From a virus: a DNA stretch of 55,663 bases. Each line of letters starts with the position of its first letter. The first letter of the stretch is position 1. Positions 7,958-17,847 of the stretch are shown here, piece after piece. Position numbers and translations under genes: made by a program. Under the pieces are notes generated by a model. It searched no databases, was not told the origin of the DNA, and saw only the letters and a program-made list of their open reading frames with translations. The stretch lies in IMG/VR virus record IMGVR_UViG_3300045988_174416; one strand, 5' to 3'.

Positions 7958-9025
7958 TTAAAACGGTACTTGCATTTCGCAGCATAATTCGCTTGCCGCC
8001 ATTTCGTCTATCCAAGACGCCTGTAATGCCTTTTCAATATCAACTTGAGGGGCAAATTCTTTTTCAAATCGTTTCTGAATGTCATTATACCCTGCTATTA
8101 ACTGCGGTCGCAAATCTTCCATACAGTCAAACAAACCTAATGCTAATTCGGTCGCCTCGTCCCCTGCCTTATCGTTATCCATGCAAAGTCCTATGCTTTC
8201 AAACCTACGCCAATTTACCTTTTGCAAGCAACAGTCAGTATTTATGCTATTTGTGCCATTTTGTACTGTAAAAATAGCGGTATGGCTGATTATTTCAGGC
8301 TGGGTAATTTTCATAAGTTGATAAAGATTATAAGCGTCTTTATAACCCTCACAAATAATTCCACGCATAGCAAAATTGTTTCCGGTAACAAGACAAATGC
8401 GGCTATCATAACCACTTATGCGTCTTATCCTCTTTTCGCCTGTATATTCTCTATATTCTGCTCCGTTTGCCTCACAATAAGGAAACATACTTTGTGTAGG
8501 GTCTTTACCTATCGCCCTGCTTGGAAAAACAAGCATGTCCTTTTTCTCGTCATAACCTATGTTACACTCAAGAGCAGTTTTAGGCATGATACTATGTTTT
8601 TCAAACATTTTACGCAGAATATCTTTGCGTCTGAATAACATTACACCGCAGTCCCAGTAATACTCGTCCAATTTGTCTTGAGGTATTTCTTTTTCTTTTG
8701 GTTTTTCCTGTCTTGGTATGCTTGGTGGTGGTGGCGTATATATAGGCGATGTTTGAGCAGAGAAATCCTCGCCATTTCCCTGTTGTGCCTCAAATCGCCT
8801 GCGAGCAATTATGCTCGTTATTTCTTGACCATAATCACAAGCAAAACATTTCAAAATGTGTTTTGAGCGGTTAAATTTAAGGTTATCTGCGGCTCTATCG
8901 CCCCCCATGCCTCTACAAGCAGGGCAAGCCCAAACTAATTCATCGCCTTGTACTTTGTAATTCTTTCCTAATAATGATATAACTTCTTGCTCGGTTATCG
9001 GGTCAGTTTCAAAATCAATTTCCAT
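7958..9025 (-). CDS. DnaG-type DNA primase (zinc-binding + TOPRIM)
   Basis: WACPACRGMGGD...KCFACDYGQE zinc finger. TOPRIM motifs ICEGYKDA and CMDNDKAGDEA. Confidence 0.6.
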   Translation of the reverse strand: MEIDFETDPITEQEVISLLGKNYKVQGDELVWACPACRGMGGDRAADNLKFNRSKHILKCFACDYGQEITSIIARRRFEAQQGNGEDFSAQTSPIYTPPPPSIPRQEKPKEKEIPQDKLDEYYWDCGVMLFRRKDILRKMFEKHSIMPKTALECNIGYDEKKDMLVFPSRAIGKDPTQSMFPYCEANGAEYREYTGEKRIRRISGYDSRICLVTGNNFAMRGIICEGYKDAYNLYQLMKITQPEIISHTAIFTVQNGTNSINTDCCLQKVNWRRFESIGLCMDNDKAGDEATELALGLFDCMEDLRPQLIAGYNDIQKRFEKEFAPQVDIEKALQASWIDEMAASELCCEMQVPF

Positions 9026-9036
9026 TTTTTGTCCCT

Positions 9037-9411
9037 TTATACGTAGTTAAATCTTTCCTGCAATAATGCTTTTATACCTTTTGAAACAGTATCTCTGCTT
9101 AAACAGTTTTCAAGCCTTGATACCCTGACGCCTATTAGTTCCGCTAATTGCCTACGTGTTAAACCCTCTTTGCGACAAACTAATAAAATTGCGTTTTCAG
9201 GTTTAACCAAAAATTGTGCATAGGCTGCTCCCCTTTTGGCGTCTTTTAATGCTTGATTAGCAAGTTGTTGTGGAGTAAGTCTTTTTACAGTATCGTAACC
9301 TTGATAATTGTCTTTATACTTACGATTTACGCAATAACTCGCTTTGTATATTTTGAGAAAAAGTTTTGGATTTTCCTCAATGTTTGTAACATCTATGTAT
9401 TGCTTTTCCAT
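9037..9411 (-). CDS. HTH DNA-binding protein (sigma-70 region 4 / regulator-like)
   Basis: EGLTRRQLAELIGVRVSRLENCL. First gene downstream of the copy-1 promoter/operator. Confidence 0.45.
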   Translation of the reverse strand: MEKQYIDVTNIEENPKLFLKIYKASYCVNRKYKDNYQGYDTVKRLTPQQLANQALKDAKRGAAYAQFLVKPENAILLVCRKEGLTRRQLAELIGVRVSRLENCLSRDTVSKGIKALLQERFNYV

Positions 9412-9431
9412 TTTTCCGTCCTTACTATTTT

Positions 9432-9463
9432 ATTATATCACAAGTTTTGATAATTATTGCACT
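9432..9463 (-). promoter_or_regulatory. Conserved early promoter/operator motif, copy 1
   Basis: Minus strand reads AGTGCAATAATTATCAAAACTTGTGATATAAT. It contains an extended -10 (TGaTATAAT) and the dyad TATCA-N7-TGATA. Confidence 0.6.
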
Positions 9464-9819
9464 CTCTTGAGAAAATTGTTGACATAGTTTGTTTCATTTA
9501 TGCGATTTATTGCATTAGCGTCAAAGCGAATTTGTGTATTGTAACCATTATCAATAGCGTCATACCGTTTAATATATTTCTTCTCTAACTTTGACAACTT
9601 TGTGTAGTTATTACATTCGTCAATTATTGACCAATTAAAAGCCTTACGCCCCCATTCTCTTAAAGCAGAATGAAATTTATCAGTTGCTTTCCGGTTAAAA
9701 GCCTCATATTCATGGTCGTAAATCCGTCTTGCTAAATCTTTTTTCGTTTGTCCTATATAACATTCGCCTGTATGTATATTTTCAGCCTTATAAATTATAC
9801 CGACTATTGTTTTTGCCAT
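9454..9819 (-). CDS. GIY-YIG endonuclease (homing-endonuclease-like)
   Basis: GIIYKAENIHTGECYIGQT ... RRIYDHE ... YIKRYD...GYN. Confidence 0.6.
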   Translation of the reverse strand: MAKTIVGIIYKAENIHTGECYIGQTKKDLARRIYDHEYEAFNRKATDKFHSALREWGRKAFNWSIIDECNNYTKLSKLEKKYIKRYDAIDNGYNTQIRFDANAINRINETNYVNNFLKRVQ

Positions 9820-10253
9820 GATTTTTGATTATCTTTCCCAAGACTGTTTGCAGCCCTGTTATTTCGCTCTTGTAACTCTTTCCAAATCATATCTTTACTC
9901 TGTTCAAATTTATTTATATCATCACAGCCCCATTGAGATTTTGGCAATAAAAACTTGGGCATGTGTGTTAAAGTTAAAAGAGCAAGACAATTCCAAGCGG
10001 CATGTGCCAAGTGCCTATATCCGCTTTCAGCGTCAATTTCATCGCCCTCAAGCCAAGCAAAAAGATGTCTAAAAAGAGCGTCAGTGTATCGTTTTACCCC
10101 ATTATCAACAGTCTGCCAGCCGTTATCACAATATTTGTTTGCTCCAAAAGTGCCGATACAACCGACTTCTTTTAAACCTTTTGCAAAGCCACCAAGCACC
10201 AAGCCCAGTCTAATTTTTCCGTTATCAAGTTTTACTCCTTTTTCAGTTCCCAT
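9804..10253 (-). CDS. Possible MazG-like nucleotide pyrophosphohydrolase (tentative)
   Basis: ATG at 10253 overlaps the upstream stop (TAATG). The acidic helical motif LFAWLEGDEIDAESGYRHLAHAAW resembles MazG-like folds. This is a weak assignment. Confidence 0.3.
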   Translation of the reverse strand: MGTEKGVKLDNGKIRLGLVLGGFAKGLKEVGCIGTFGANKYCDNGWQTVDNGVKRYTDALFRHLFAWLEGDEIDAESGYRHLAHAAWNCLALLTLTHMPKFLLPKSQWGCDDINKFEQSKDMIWKELQERNNRAANSLGKDNQKSWQKQ

Positions 10254-10837
10254 TATCTCACTCCTTTTGCTAATAAATAAGCATGCCAACCTTGTAAATT
10301 TGTTATTCTATCTTGTACCTCTTGACGAGAAATACGCAACCAGTCTATTTTTACGCTGCGATTACCAAATTGAGGATAGTCGCAAACAACCAAATAACAA
10401 AATTGAAAATTTGGATTTATTGTAAAATAGTGCAAAATTTGCAACCAAGTTGTATCAGGTATTACCCTATTTTTAAGGTCATAAAGTCCTGCTCCGGTTG
10501 ATTTACACTCACAAAAACCCTCCATTCCTTTTTCCCAAGCAAGAGCGTCAAAACTTCCGGCAATTCTTGGGTTATAATCAGAATACCATAATGTGTGCAT
10601 TATAGTAGGTTCTACAAGTGTTTGTTTTGCAATTTCAGGCAAGTTCTTAAATATCGTTAAAATTGATGTTTCGCAATTCTTGCCAAAAATAACCGCAGGG
10701 CTTTTTTCCATTTCTTGTGGGGTTTTCGGAGCATAAGGGCTGACAATGCCGATATGCTCCCCAACCGTTGTGCCTGTTAGGCAACTTTTTCTTGCCTCAA
10801 GCCATTCTTCTTTTGTACTAAATTCAACCTTAATCAT
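10253..10837 (-). CDS. YqaJ / lambda-exonuclease-family 5'-3' exonuclease (PD-(D/E)xK)
   Basis: GSFDALAWEKGMEGFCECKS (D...E.K). Start taken at MIKVEFST. Paired with the downstream annealing protein. Confidence 0.5.
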   Translation of the reverse strand: MIKVEFSTKEEWLEARKSCLTGTTVGEHIGIVSPYAPKTPQEMEKSPAVIFGKNCETSILTIFKNLPEIAKQTLVEPTIMHTLWYSDYNPRIAGSFDALAWEKGMEGFCECKSTGAGLYDLKNRVIPDTTWLQILHYFTINPNFQFCYLVVCDYPQFGNRSVKIDWLRISRQEVQDRITNLQGWHAYLLAKGVR

Positions 10838-10838
10838 A

Positions 10839-12098
10839 CTAATACAAGTCCTGTATGCTGCCCTTTTTAACTTCTGCTTTTGGTTGTTCTGCAACAGGTG
10901 GTGTAGGTTGCACTGGAGGAGTTGCAGTCGGTGGTGTAGGAGGTACACTTGCAGTTTTTGGTTGTTCAACTACCGGAGGAGGTGGCGGCATTACATCGCC
11001 TTTTTGTTCAGTTTCCCCAGCCACGATGTCAGATTTCGTATTTTCTGACGCTGGCGGTACAGTTTTATCATCTTGAACTTTTGGCTCGCTCACAGGCTTG
11101 CTATTGACCTCTGCTTGAATGTTTGTCGGCGGTGTCGGTGGCAACTGCGTTTCAACGCTTGGTGTCGGTGGTACAGGAATAGTCGGAGGGGCTGGAATTG
11201 TCGGAGCAGTATTTGTATAATCTGCGTCCTCCATAACTTCCACGCTTTCTCTGCTATTGTCCTCTATTTTATACATCATCATAGCCAAGCGTCTATTATA
11301 ATATGTCATAGCAGCACCAACCTGTTGTGCCTCGCTGGCAGCCATTTTGCGTGGTACATCAAACGGACAAGATACAATTTCGGTTTCTTGTATATTATCC
11401 ATATTGATTACTTCATAATAACATCTATCTTCCATAACTGTAAATCTTGAATACAAACGATTTTCAAGTTCATGTTTTAAGCAGAAGTCAATAATCTGCT
11501 GCGGTTTGTAATAATCATATTTTGCACCGCCGCCAGCACGACCTTTACCCTGCTTGTCAATATCTTCTTTTGACCAAGCAGCACGAACGGCACTGATTTT
11601 CTCAAGAATATTTTTAGGTTTAGTTTCAGCCGTTTTAGGTTCTTCCTTTACTTCTGATTTTGTTTCAGCCTTTTTAGTTGTCTTTTTGGGCTTTTCTTCT
11701 TTAGCAGGAGCAACAGAAGGCGTAGGCACTTCTTTTGGTTGCTCTGCCGCTTTAGTTTCTTCTTTTACCATAGTTTTAGTTTCCTTATTTTCAGTTTCGT
11801 TATCATCATCAATAATAATGCCAGCGTCAATAAAGGTTTTCATAAGTTCCTCGTCTTGCACAACATTGGCTATAAAAGTTCCATTGTTCATTCCGGCACG
11901 ACATTCAGGCAAGGCATGCTCGCAATTATTTGTTTTCTTAAAATAATATTTTGTGCTACCGTCCTCAAGGATTTTTGAGATAACAATACCTCTTACCCCT
12001 AATTCGCCCTCATAGACATCACCCACGAACAAATCTTGATGTTTGTAACTTATGCCTGTTTTGTTAGAATAATTTTTTAAGATTTCTGATTTTTTCAT
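10839..12098 (-). CDS. Erf-like single-strand annealing protein with an extra N-terminal domain and a Pro/Thr-rich C-terminal tail
   Basis: GKGRAGGGAKYDYYKPQQIIDFCLKHEL resembles the ERF core. The C-terminus is PTIPAPPTIPVPPTP... low complexity. Confidence 0.4.
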   Translation of the reverse strand: MKKSEILKNYSNKTGISYKHQDLFVGDVYEGELGVRGIVISKILEDGSTKYYFKKTNNCEHALPECRAGMNNGTFIANVVQDEELMKTFIDAGIIIDDDNETENKETKTMVKEETKAAEQPKEVPTPSVAPAKEEKPKKTTKKAETKSEVKEEPKTAETKPKNILEKISAVRAAWSKEDIDKQGKGRAGGGAKYDYYKPQQIIDFCLKHELENRLYSRFTVMEDRCYYEVINMDNIQETEIVSCPFDVPRKMAASEAQQVGAAMTYYNRRLAMMMYKIEDNSRESVEVMEDADYTNTAPTIPAPPTIPVPPTPSVETQLPPTPPTNIQAEVNSKPVSEPKVQDDKTVPPASENTKSDIVAGETEQKGDVMPPPPPVVEQPKTASVPPTPPTATPPVQPTPPVAEQPKAEVKKGSIQDLY

Positions 12099-12883
12099 TA
12101 CTTAACCACCTCAACATTAAATTCAACACCAAGAGAGTTCAAAAACTGCTCTAATGCAGCACCTTTTGATTTTGGTAATTGCTTAATTGTAACAACAATA
12201 TCAATTTTCTTTTCAAAGGTTTCAGTCGCAGCAGCCACATCGCTTGCCATAATAGCAGCAATTTCAGCCTCACTTTTGATTTGGCTTTGATATGTTTCAA
12301 TAGCCTGCGTTAAATTTAAACCATTATTTAAGTAAATTGATGTAACTTTATCGCAGTCATCGGTTTGCTTTTTAATAAAGTCAATATCTGACTTGCGTTG
12401 ATTATACCAAGTTTCAAGTTGATTTTGAATAACATTAAGAGATACGCTTTTATTACACATTTTTTCATCAAAAAACATTTCAAATTTAAGAAAATTTGAA
12501 TAATCTTTTGTTGCCATAAATAATTCAAATGCTTTTGATATAGTTTCCTTTTTAAGAGCCTTTTCAGCATTTTCCAAATCCTTAACTTTTTGCTTAATGT
12601 CTGCAAGCCCTGTATCGCACAATTTTTCAAGTTCTTTACACTTATCAACATAAGGCTGAATGTACTCCAAAAATCTATTAGTTTTATCAATACGATAGCG
12701 ACTAATACGCTCTTTAACTTTGTTAATTTCTGCAATTCCTGTCTTGACCTCTTTCTTGTTTTCTTCGGTCAATTCGGTAATTGAGTTAAGTTTCTTAATT
12801 TTTGCCTCAAGTTCAGTTTTAACGACATCATATTCGCTTAAAACAGGCACTTGCGGTAGTAATTTGTTTTCATCTTCTGACAT
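12098..12883 (-). CDS. Coiled-coil phage protein (DUF1351-like, tentative)
   Basis: 261 aa, helical, sited in the recombination module. RBS AAGGAG. Confidence 0.35.
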   Translation of the reverse strand: MSEDENKLLPQVPVLSEYDVVKTELEAKIKKLNSITELTEENKKEVKTGIAEINKVKERISRYRIDKTNRFLEYIQPYVDKCKELEKLCDTGLADIKQKVKDLENAEKALKKETISKAFELFMATKDYSNFLKFEMFFDEKMCNKSVSLNVIQNQLETWYNQRKSDIDFIKKQTDDCDKVTSIYLNNGLNLTQAIETYQSQIKSEAEIAAIMASDVAAATETFEKKIDIVVTIKQLPKSKGAALEQFLNSLGVEFNVEVVK

Positions 12884-12915
12884 TTTTAACGCTCCTTATT
12901 TTTGTTTATACTAAT

Positions 12916-12947
12916 ATTATATCATAAATTTTGATAATTATTGCACT
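12916..12947 (-). promoter_or_regulatory. Conserved early promoter/operator motif, copy 2
   Basis: Minus strand reads AGTGCAATAATTATCAAAATTTATGATATAAT. Confidence 0.6.
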
Positions 12948-12957
12948 TTTTAAAAAA

Positions 12958-14595
12958 TTAATTATCCATAATTTTATATAAGTCCACGAACGCCCTATTA
13001 TTAGGGTTTTTGATTTGTTCTAAAAACTTTTTAGCCTTACGCAATTTACGACCATAATACCTCAAAGCCCCTTGTTTTGGGTCAAACTTAACACAAATTG
13101 TATGAAAAACATACCAACAATTTGTCTTTTTTGCCGTTCTAATCATTGGGTATGGGTATTTTTCGTGTGTAAAATCAGGGTCGCCTTTGAATACGAATGA
13201 ACCGTCCTCTCTTACACCATAACACCATTTTCTAATCGGTGTACCTTTTTTGGTTTTTTCGCCTGTATCTTCAATTCGGACAAGGCATGGTAAACCTACA
13301 AATTCATATATTGTGTCATGTAATTCTTTTTGCACAGATTTTAATTTAATCAGTTTTTCAAATTCCTTTTTAGGCTTTGGCGGTCTGCCGCCACCCTCGC
13401 CGTCAATATCAAAATCTAATTTAAAGCCACATTCAGGACACTCGCCCTCTGATACCGGAAAGACAAAACCACAAACAGGACATTCAATTTCATCACAAAC
13501 AACCTCTTTTTCGGGTGGATTTATATATGACCTTATTGCGTCCACTTCAAGGTGTCGGAACGAATTACCAACAAAATCAAGGAAAATACATTTTGTCTTG
13601 CCAATTTCAGGACAGAGCCTCAAGCCACGCCCAGCACATTGAATATATCTGCGTAAAATCTTTGTCGGATTTAAGAACATAACGCACTCAATACTCGGTT
13701 CATCAAACCCTGCTACCAATAAACCGACATTAAAAAGACACTCAATTTCCCCTGTTTTGAATTTTGCCAAGATGTTTGCTCTTTCAGTGTCGCTATTTCG
13801 AGCAGAAACATGGGCAGCCTTAACCCCATTTAATCTGAAAAATTTTGCATAATGTTCCGCAGAGGCAACAGTAGAACAAAATACAATAGTCTTTTTATGT
13901 TTGGCATGGGTTAGCCAGCCCTCAAGAACTTTATCAACTTTATCCGTATCAACAACTATATCATCTATTGCCCCTGTATCGTAATCGCCTGTACTTGTTA
14001 CACGCACTTTTGAAAAGTCAAAAAGGTCAATGGTATAATGTTCCGGTTTAACAAGATAGCCCTTTTCGATAAGAGTTATAATATCTGCCCCATTTATAAA
14101 TTCTTCAAAACCACCTAATAAATAGCCTTTATTATCCCATGGGGTTGCCGTTACGCCTATAACTACGCAACTATCCTTTTTAAAATCGCAAATACGCTCA
14201 AAAGCAGTTCCATTATAGTATTGGTGTATTTCATCAAAAAATATAAAATCAAATTCTGATAGCCATTCTTGATACAACTCCGATTTAAGTCTTGCTCTTA
14301 AAGTTTGCAACATAGCAACAGTTATATCTTTGGGACGAAAACTATCAGCCGTCAGATAACCAAAAGGAAAGTCTTTATCTGCAAAGCGTATCGTTTGCCC
14401 TAATAATTCAGTTCTATCAACTATAATTAAAGTCTTAAAACCTCTCTCTGCTACTCTTTTTGCAAAATCACTCATAGATACTGTTTTGCCTGCTCCGGTA
14501 GCCATGTTAAACAATATGCGATGTTTCCCCTCCATAATTGCTTGCGTAATGCGTTTGCCTGCGTCTTGTTGATAATCTCTTAATTGTATTGCCAT
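12958..14595 (-). CDS. SF2 DEAD/DEAH-type DNA helicase with C-terminal zinc ribbon
   Basis: Motif I NMATGAGKT, motif II FFDEIHQ, motif III VTATP, motif VI QCAGRGLR. Zinc ribbon CPVCGF...CPECGF. Confidence 0.7.
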   Translation of the reverse strand: MAIQLRDYQQDAGKRITQAIMEGKHRILFNMATGAGKTVSMSDFAKRVAERGFKTLIIVDRTELLGQTIRFADKDFPFGYLTADSFRPKDITVAMLQTLRARLKSELYQEWLSEFDFIFFDEIHQYYNGTAFERICDFKKDSCVVIGVTATPWDNKGYLLGGFEEFINGADIITLIEKGYLVKPEHYTIDLFDFSKVRVTSTGDYDTGAIDDIVVDTDKVDKVLEGWLTHAKHKKTIVFCSTVASAEHYAKFFRLNGVKAAHVSARNSDTERANILAKFKTGEIECLFNVGLLVAGFDEPSIECVMFLNPTKILRRYIQCAGRGLRLCPEIGKTKCIFLDFVGNSFRHLEVDAIRSYINPPEKEVVCDEIECPVCGFVFPVSEGECPECGFKLDFDIDGEGGGRPPKPKKEFEKLIKLKSVQKELHDTIYEFVGLPCLVRIEDTGEKTKKGTPIRKWCYGVREDGSFVFKGDPDFTHEKYPYPMIRTAKKTNCWYVFHTICVKFDPKQGALRYYGRKLRKAKKFLEQIKNPNNRAFVDLYKIMDN

Positions 14596-14804
14596 TATTC
14601 TTTTATCTCATAAACGGATTTTATATTTCCGTACCTATCTAATTCTATGTCGTATTTTTCCCTATTTTCAGTTTTCCAAGTTAAATTTGGACAGTTTTTA
14701 TAGCCGCCTTGATACCTTGCCTTATCGCACATTGTCAGGCAATTTGTTATCAAACAGCCGATTTTACTTGGGTATTCAGATTTTTTAAGTTTTATTCTTG
14801 ACAA
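14595..14804 (-). CDS. Small hypothetical protein
   Basis: ORF. Confidence 0.35.
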   Translation of the reverse strand: MSRIKLKKSEYPSKIGCLITNCLTMCDKARYQGGYKNCPNLTWKTENREKYDIELDRYGNIKSVYEIKE

Positions 14805-15550
14805 AATAAGCCTCCTTGAACGTAATCTATTTCAGTTTCTAATAATCTTTTGCGAGCGATTTCGCAATTTTTCGGCAACAATTCTATCATGTGTCCCTCT
14901 CTTGATGTTTCTTTACAAGCCACAACTATTGCCCCTCCACCACCAAAACAGTCAAGCACTTTGTCGCCAATTTTTGTACTTTGTACTATCATCTGCCTAA
15001 AAAGTTCTGCTGGTTTTTCGGTTATATGAATTTTCTTGCCGACAGGATTTTTGACATAGAAAACATCGCTCGCCCCCATGTCGTTTATATAACGCTCTTT
15101 TCCTTTGCGTAACATTAAAATTCTTTCGGTAGATTTCATATAAAATTTGTTTGGTGTAGAATTTTGCTTTAGCCAAGTAAGGTCGTTTTGGAATTTAAAG
15201 CCAACTTTTTCAGCCTTAATTTGCAATTCTGCAAAGTTTCTGCCGTTTATCATAATGTAGGCATGGCAACCCTTTTTAAGCACACGATAGACTTCCGGCA
15301 ACCATTCCTCAAATTTTGGAATGTTTTGTATCATCTGCCCTGTCTTTACTAATGCTTGATTATCCTCGTCTGCATTTTTCTTAACCCAGCGATTACGCTT
15401 TTTGTCGTTTATAGTGCCGTCAGCGTTTACCTTGACGCTGCTTGTCCCTAATTTATACGGAGGGTCAGTAATTATGCAGTCAAAATACTCGTCAGGATAT
15501 TCTTTTAATAGTGTTAAAGCGTCCCCACATTTGATAACTTGTTCAACCAA
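14792..15550 (-). CDS. DNA amino-methyltransferase (beta class; N6-adenine or N4-cytosine)
   Basis: Motif IV IITDPPY precedes motif I VLDCFGGGGAIVVAC. Confidence 0.75.
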   Translation of the reverse strand: MVEQVIKCGDALTLLKEYPDEYFDCIITDPPYKLGTSSVKVNADGTINDKKRNRWVKKNADEDNQALVKTGQMIQNIPKFEEWLPEVYRVLKKGCHAYIMINGRNFAELQIKAEKVGFKFQNDLTWLKQNSTPNKFYMKSTERILMLRKGKERYINDMGASDVFYVKNPVGKKIHITEKPAELFRQMIVQSTKIGDKVLDCFGGGGAIVVACKETSREGHMIELLPKNCEIARKRLLETEIDYVQGGLFCQE

Positions 15551-15551
15551 T

Positions 15552-15884
15552 TTAAGCCTCCAAAACTTCCTTTTTAAGATAATTGATTAAATCTTGTTTA
15601 GTTGCAAGGGTACGCCAGCGTTTTAAGCCATAATCCCAGTTCTCTGCTGCGTCAACTAATTCTCTTACAGTATCTTTAACATCTTCGCTATTTTCTTTTT
15701 CGCTTTCTAACGTTTGAGCCTTTTCTTCTGCGTCTTTTTTATCACTCTCAAGGTCGTTAATACGCTCCTCAATTTCAGTTGCAACAGCAAGTATGCTGCT
15801 TATTGTATCGGTCATTTCCGCAACAGTTTCTTTTAATTCGCCTAATTTTTCTTTTAATGTATTAAGTTCTTCACATTCTGACAT
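15552..15884 (-). CDS. Acidic coiled-coil protein
   Basis: ORF, E/K rich. Confidence 0.4.
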   Translation of the reverse strand: MSECEELNTLKEKLGELKETVAEMTDTISSILAVATEIEERINDLESDKKDAEEKAQTLESEKENSEDVKDTVRELVDAAENWDYGLKRWRTLATKQDLINYLKKEVLEA

Positions 15885-15886
15885 TA

Positions 15887-16942
15887 TTACGCTCCTTTAT
15901 TCATTAAGTGCGGAGGCATTAAACTCATTCCAAATATGCTTAAGTTTTTGCTTTCACACCTTGTCATGTATGTACTTTGGTTATCATCAAAAAATATTTT
16001 CAATTTTCCGTTTTCATCTATACAACGATAAAATTCAGTTAAATATTTATCCAAAAATCTTATGTCAAGCCTTGTAGGTTTATGGTTATATTGTGCCGGA
16101 ATAGGTACGGCAAAATCAAGGGCTTGTTCTCTATTATTTGCAGATACGATAACCTCATTTTCTGCAAATTGTAAAATAATTTTATCATCAATTTTTGAAC
16201 ATTTGTCTGCAACTTCTTTTAGTTGCTTTGCGTCCACTTCAAGCCAATTTGAGAGGGGTTGTTTTACAAGTTTTTTGACCGCCTCAAAAGGAAATCCCCC
16301 TGTTGCTTGACTAAAACTACAAGCGACCTTTTTATCTTCACTTACAATAATTCTTTGTTTTGGATTAAAATACCACATTCCACTCGGAAATTTCTCGGTA
16401 AACAAACGAATATCCGTACCAAAATCTTGTTTTAAATAATTTATTGTGGCAAAATTACCGTCAGTGGACATGAGCATATTTTCACCAAGAGCAAATTTGT
16501 TCATTTGCATTTTTCGGTCAATTAAAACAAAGCAGTCGTCCATTGAAATTTTAATCGCACTGTCAAAATCAAACTTAAAGTAGCAATTATTATTTGCCTC
16601 TGACCTTGATATAGCACATTTGAATTTTGTCTTGCCCTCTTTGATTTCATACATTCCGTTTTTATTTGTAATTGTTACAGTCTTATCAAAAAAATCACAA
16701 ATTCTTGCAAATTCAGTCCAAGCAATATTTATTTCTTCCGTTTCTGCTGGTTGTATAAAATCAGCCACAAGCCTTGCATAATCAACGCCGTTTGACATTA
16801 TGACAGTATAAAGTTCATCGTTTAATGGTTTTATTTGTACTGCCAAATCTCTGCGAGCCGTACCATTTGCGGCAATTTTATCAAAGCATAATCTTTTTAT
16901 TCGTCTTAAATCTGAAATCTTTATCATTTTGACCTTTTCCAT
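15887..16942 (-). CDS. DNA polymerase III beta sliding-clamp homolog
   Basis: STDGNFATI (compare DnaN TDGHRLAV) and C-terminal SIFGMSLMP (compare DnaN VVMPMRL). About 350 aa. Start uncertain: 16942 or 16927, both preceded by aaggtcaaaATG. Confidence 0.55.
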   Translation of the reverse strand: MEKVKMIKISDLRRIKRLCFDKIAANGTARRDLAVQIKPLNDELYTVIMSNGVDYARLVADFIQPAETEEINIAWTEFARICDFFDKTVTITNKNGMYEIKEGKTKFKCAISRSEANNNCYFKFDFDSAIKISMDDCFVLIDRKMQMNKFALGENMLMSTDGNFATINYLKQDFGTDIRLFTEKFPSGMWYFNPKQRIIVSEDKKVACSFSQATGGFPFEAVKKLVKQPLSNWLEVDAKQLKEVADKCSKIDDKIILQFAENEVIVSANNREQALDFAVPIPAQYNHKPTRLDIRFLDKYLTEFYRCIDENGKLKIFFDDNQSTYMTRCESKNLSIFGMSLMPPHLMNKGA

Positions 16943-17006
16943 TTTGACCTTGCAGACTAACACAGGGGTTTCGGGGCAAGCGAAATACCCCTGCTGCTGC
17001 TCGTTG

Positions 17007-17273
17007 TTAATTAAATACGAAATCGTCCTGTCTATTGAGTATGTCCATGTGTCCGGCTGCCTTATAATCAGCAAGGAATTGAGCCACAATAGAGAGAGCC
17101 ACATTATCAGGTAAAAGCCCCCCCCTACTCATTAAAGCGTTGTATTGAGTAGAAATATAGCCTACTTTCATAAAGTCGTTTATGTTTTTAATTTTGGTTT
17201 TCTCACAAAATGAGTTAAAACCTAAATCTATATTTTGTTCGGTTTGGCGTTCTTCCAATTCTTTAACCATTGT
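17007..17273 (-). CDS. Small hypothetical protein containing a G8 homopolymer tract
   Basis: Strong TIR GGAGGACTTTAACAATG. The poly-G run at 17131-17138 encodes ...SRGGLL.... Confidence 0.45.
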   Translation of the reverse strand, partial: TMVKELEERQTEQNIDLGFNSFCEKTKIKNINDFMKVGYISTQYNALMSRGGLLPDNVALSIVAQFLADYKAAGHMDILNRQDDFVFN

Positions 17274-17310
17274 TAAAGTCCTCCGATTTACTAATACACG
17301 CTTGTTATTA

Positions 17311-17847
17311 CTATTTTGGCTGGCGATATTGAGCCAATTTTTCCTTAAACCACTCTTTGTATTGGTCGTCAGTAGGTTTACCTTGTATTGTGCTTGCAAT
17401 GTATTCAATTTGGAATTTATCAGACATTGGAGCATAAGAGAATAAACCCCAGCCAAATTGAGGAACGGTTTTTTGAGTTCCGTCATTTGTTTGGAAATCT
17501 CTATTTGTAATACCGATAATACCTACTTTACCCTCAAAGTCAGAGGTATCGTCCATTTTTTCAATGCCAAATGCTCTTGCAAGTCCGTTGAGGGCGTTTT
17601 GGTGCATTTGAACATCAAAATAATATTGTTGAGATACAATAATGTTATCCTCTGTATTATCAGGAAATTTTACTTTACTTAAAGTTTTAAATGTCAATTC
17701 TACAACATCACGCATTACCGTTTTGTTGTCGTCAGTTTCTTTTTCCTTTTGAAATAATTTTGCAGCAGTAATTACGACAGGGTACACACCCTCCCACACT
17801 GCTTTTGATGTTTTTTCCGGCATAAACCAGTTTGTTAAGTTGCCCAT
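17311..17847 (-). CDS. Hypothetical protein (178 aa), first gene after copy-3 promoter
   Basis: ORF with RBS AAGGAGCG. Confidence 0.5.
   Translation of the reverse strand: MGNLTNWFMPEKTSKAVWEGVYPVVITAAKLFQKEKETDDNKTVMRDVVELTFKTLSKVKFPDNTEDNIIVSQQYYFDVQMHQNALNGLARAFGIEKMDDTSDFEGKVGIIGITNRDFQTNDGTQKTVPQFGWGLFSYAPMSDKFQIEYIASTIQGKPTDDQYKEWFKEKLAQYRQPK

Noticed and set aside
10746-11946. Plus-strand ORFs (Gly/Cys-rich) opposite the Erf-like gene
   Set aside because: Complement of the Pro/Thr-rich coding region. Antisense artefacts.
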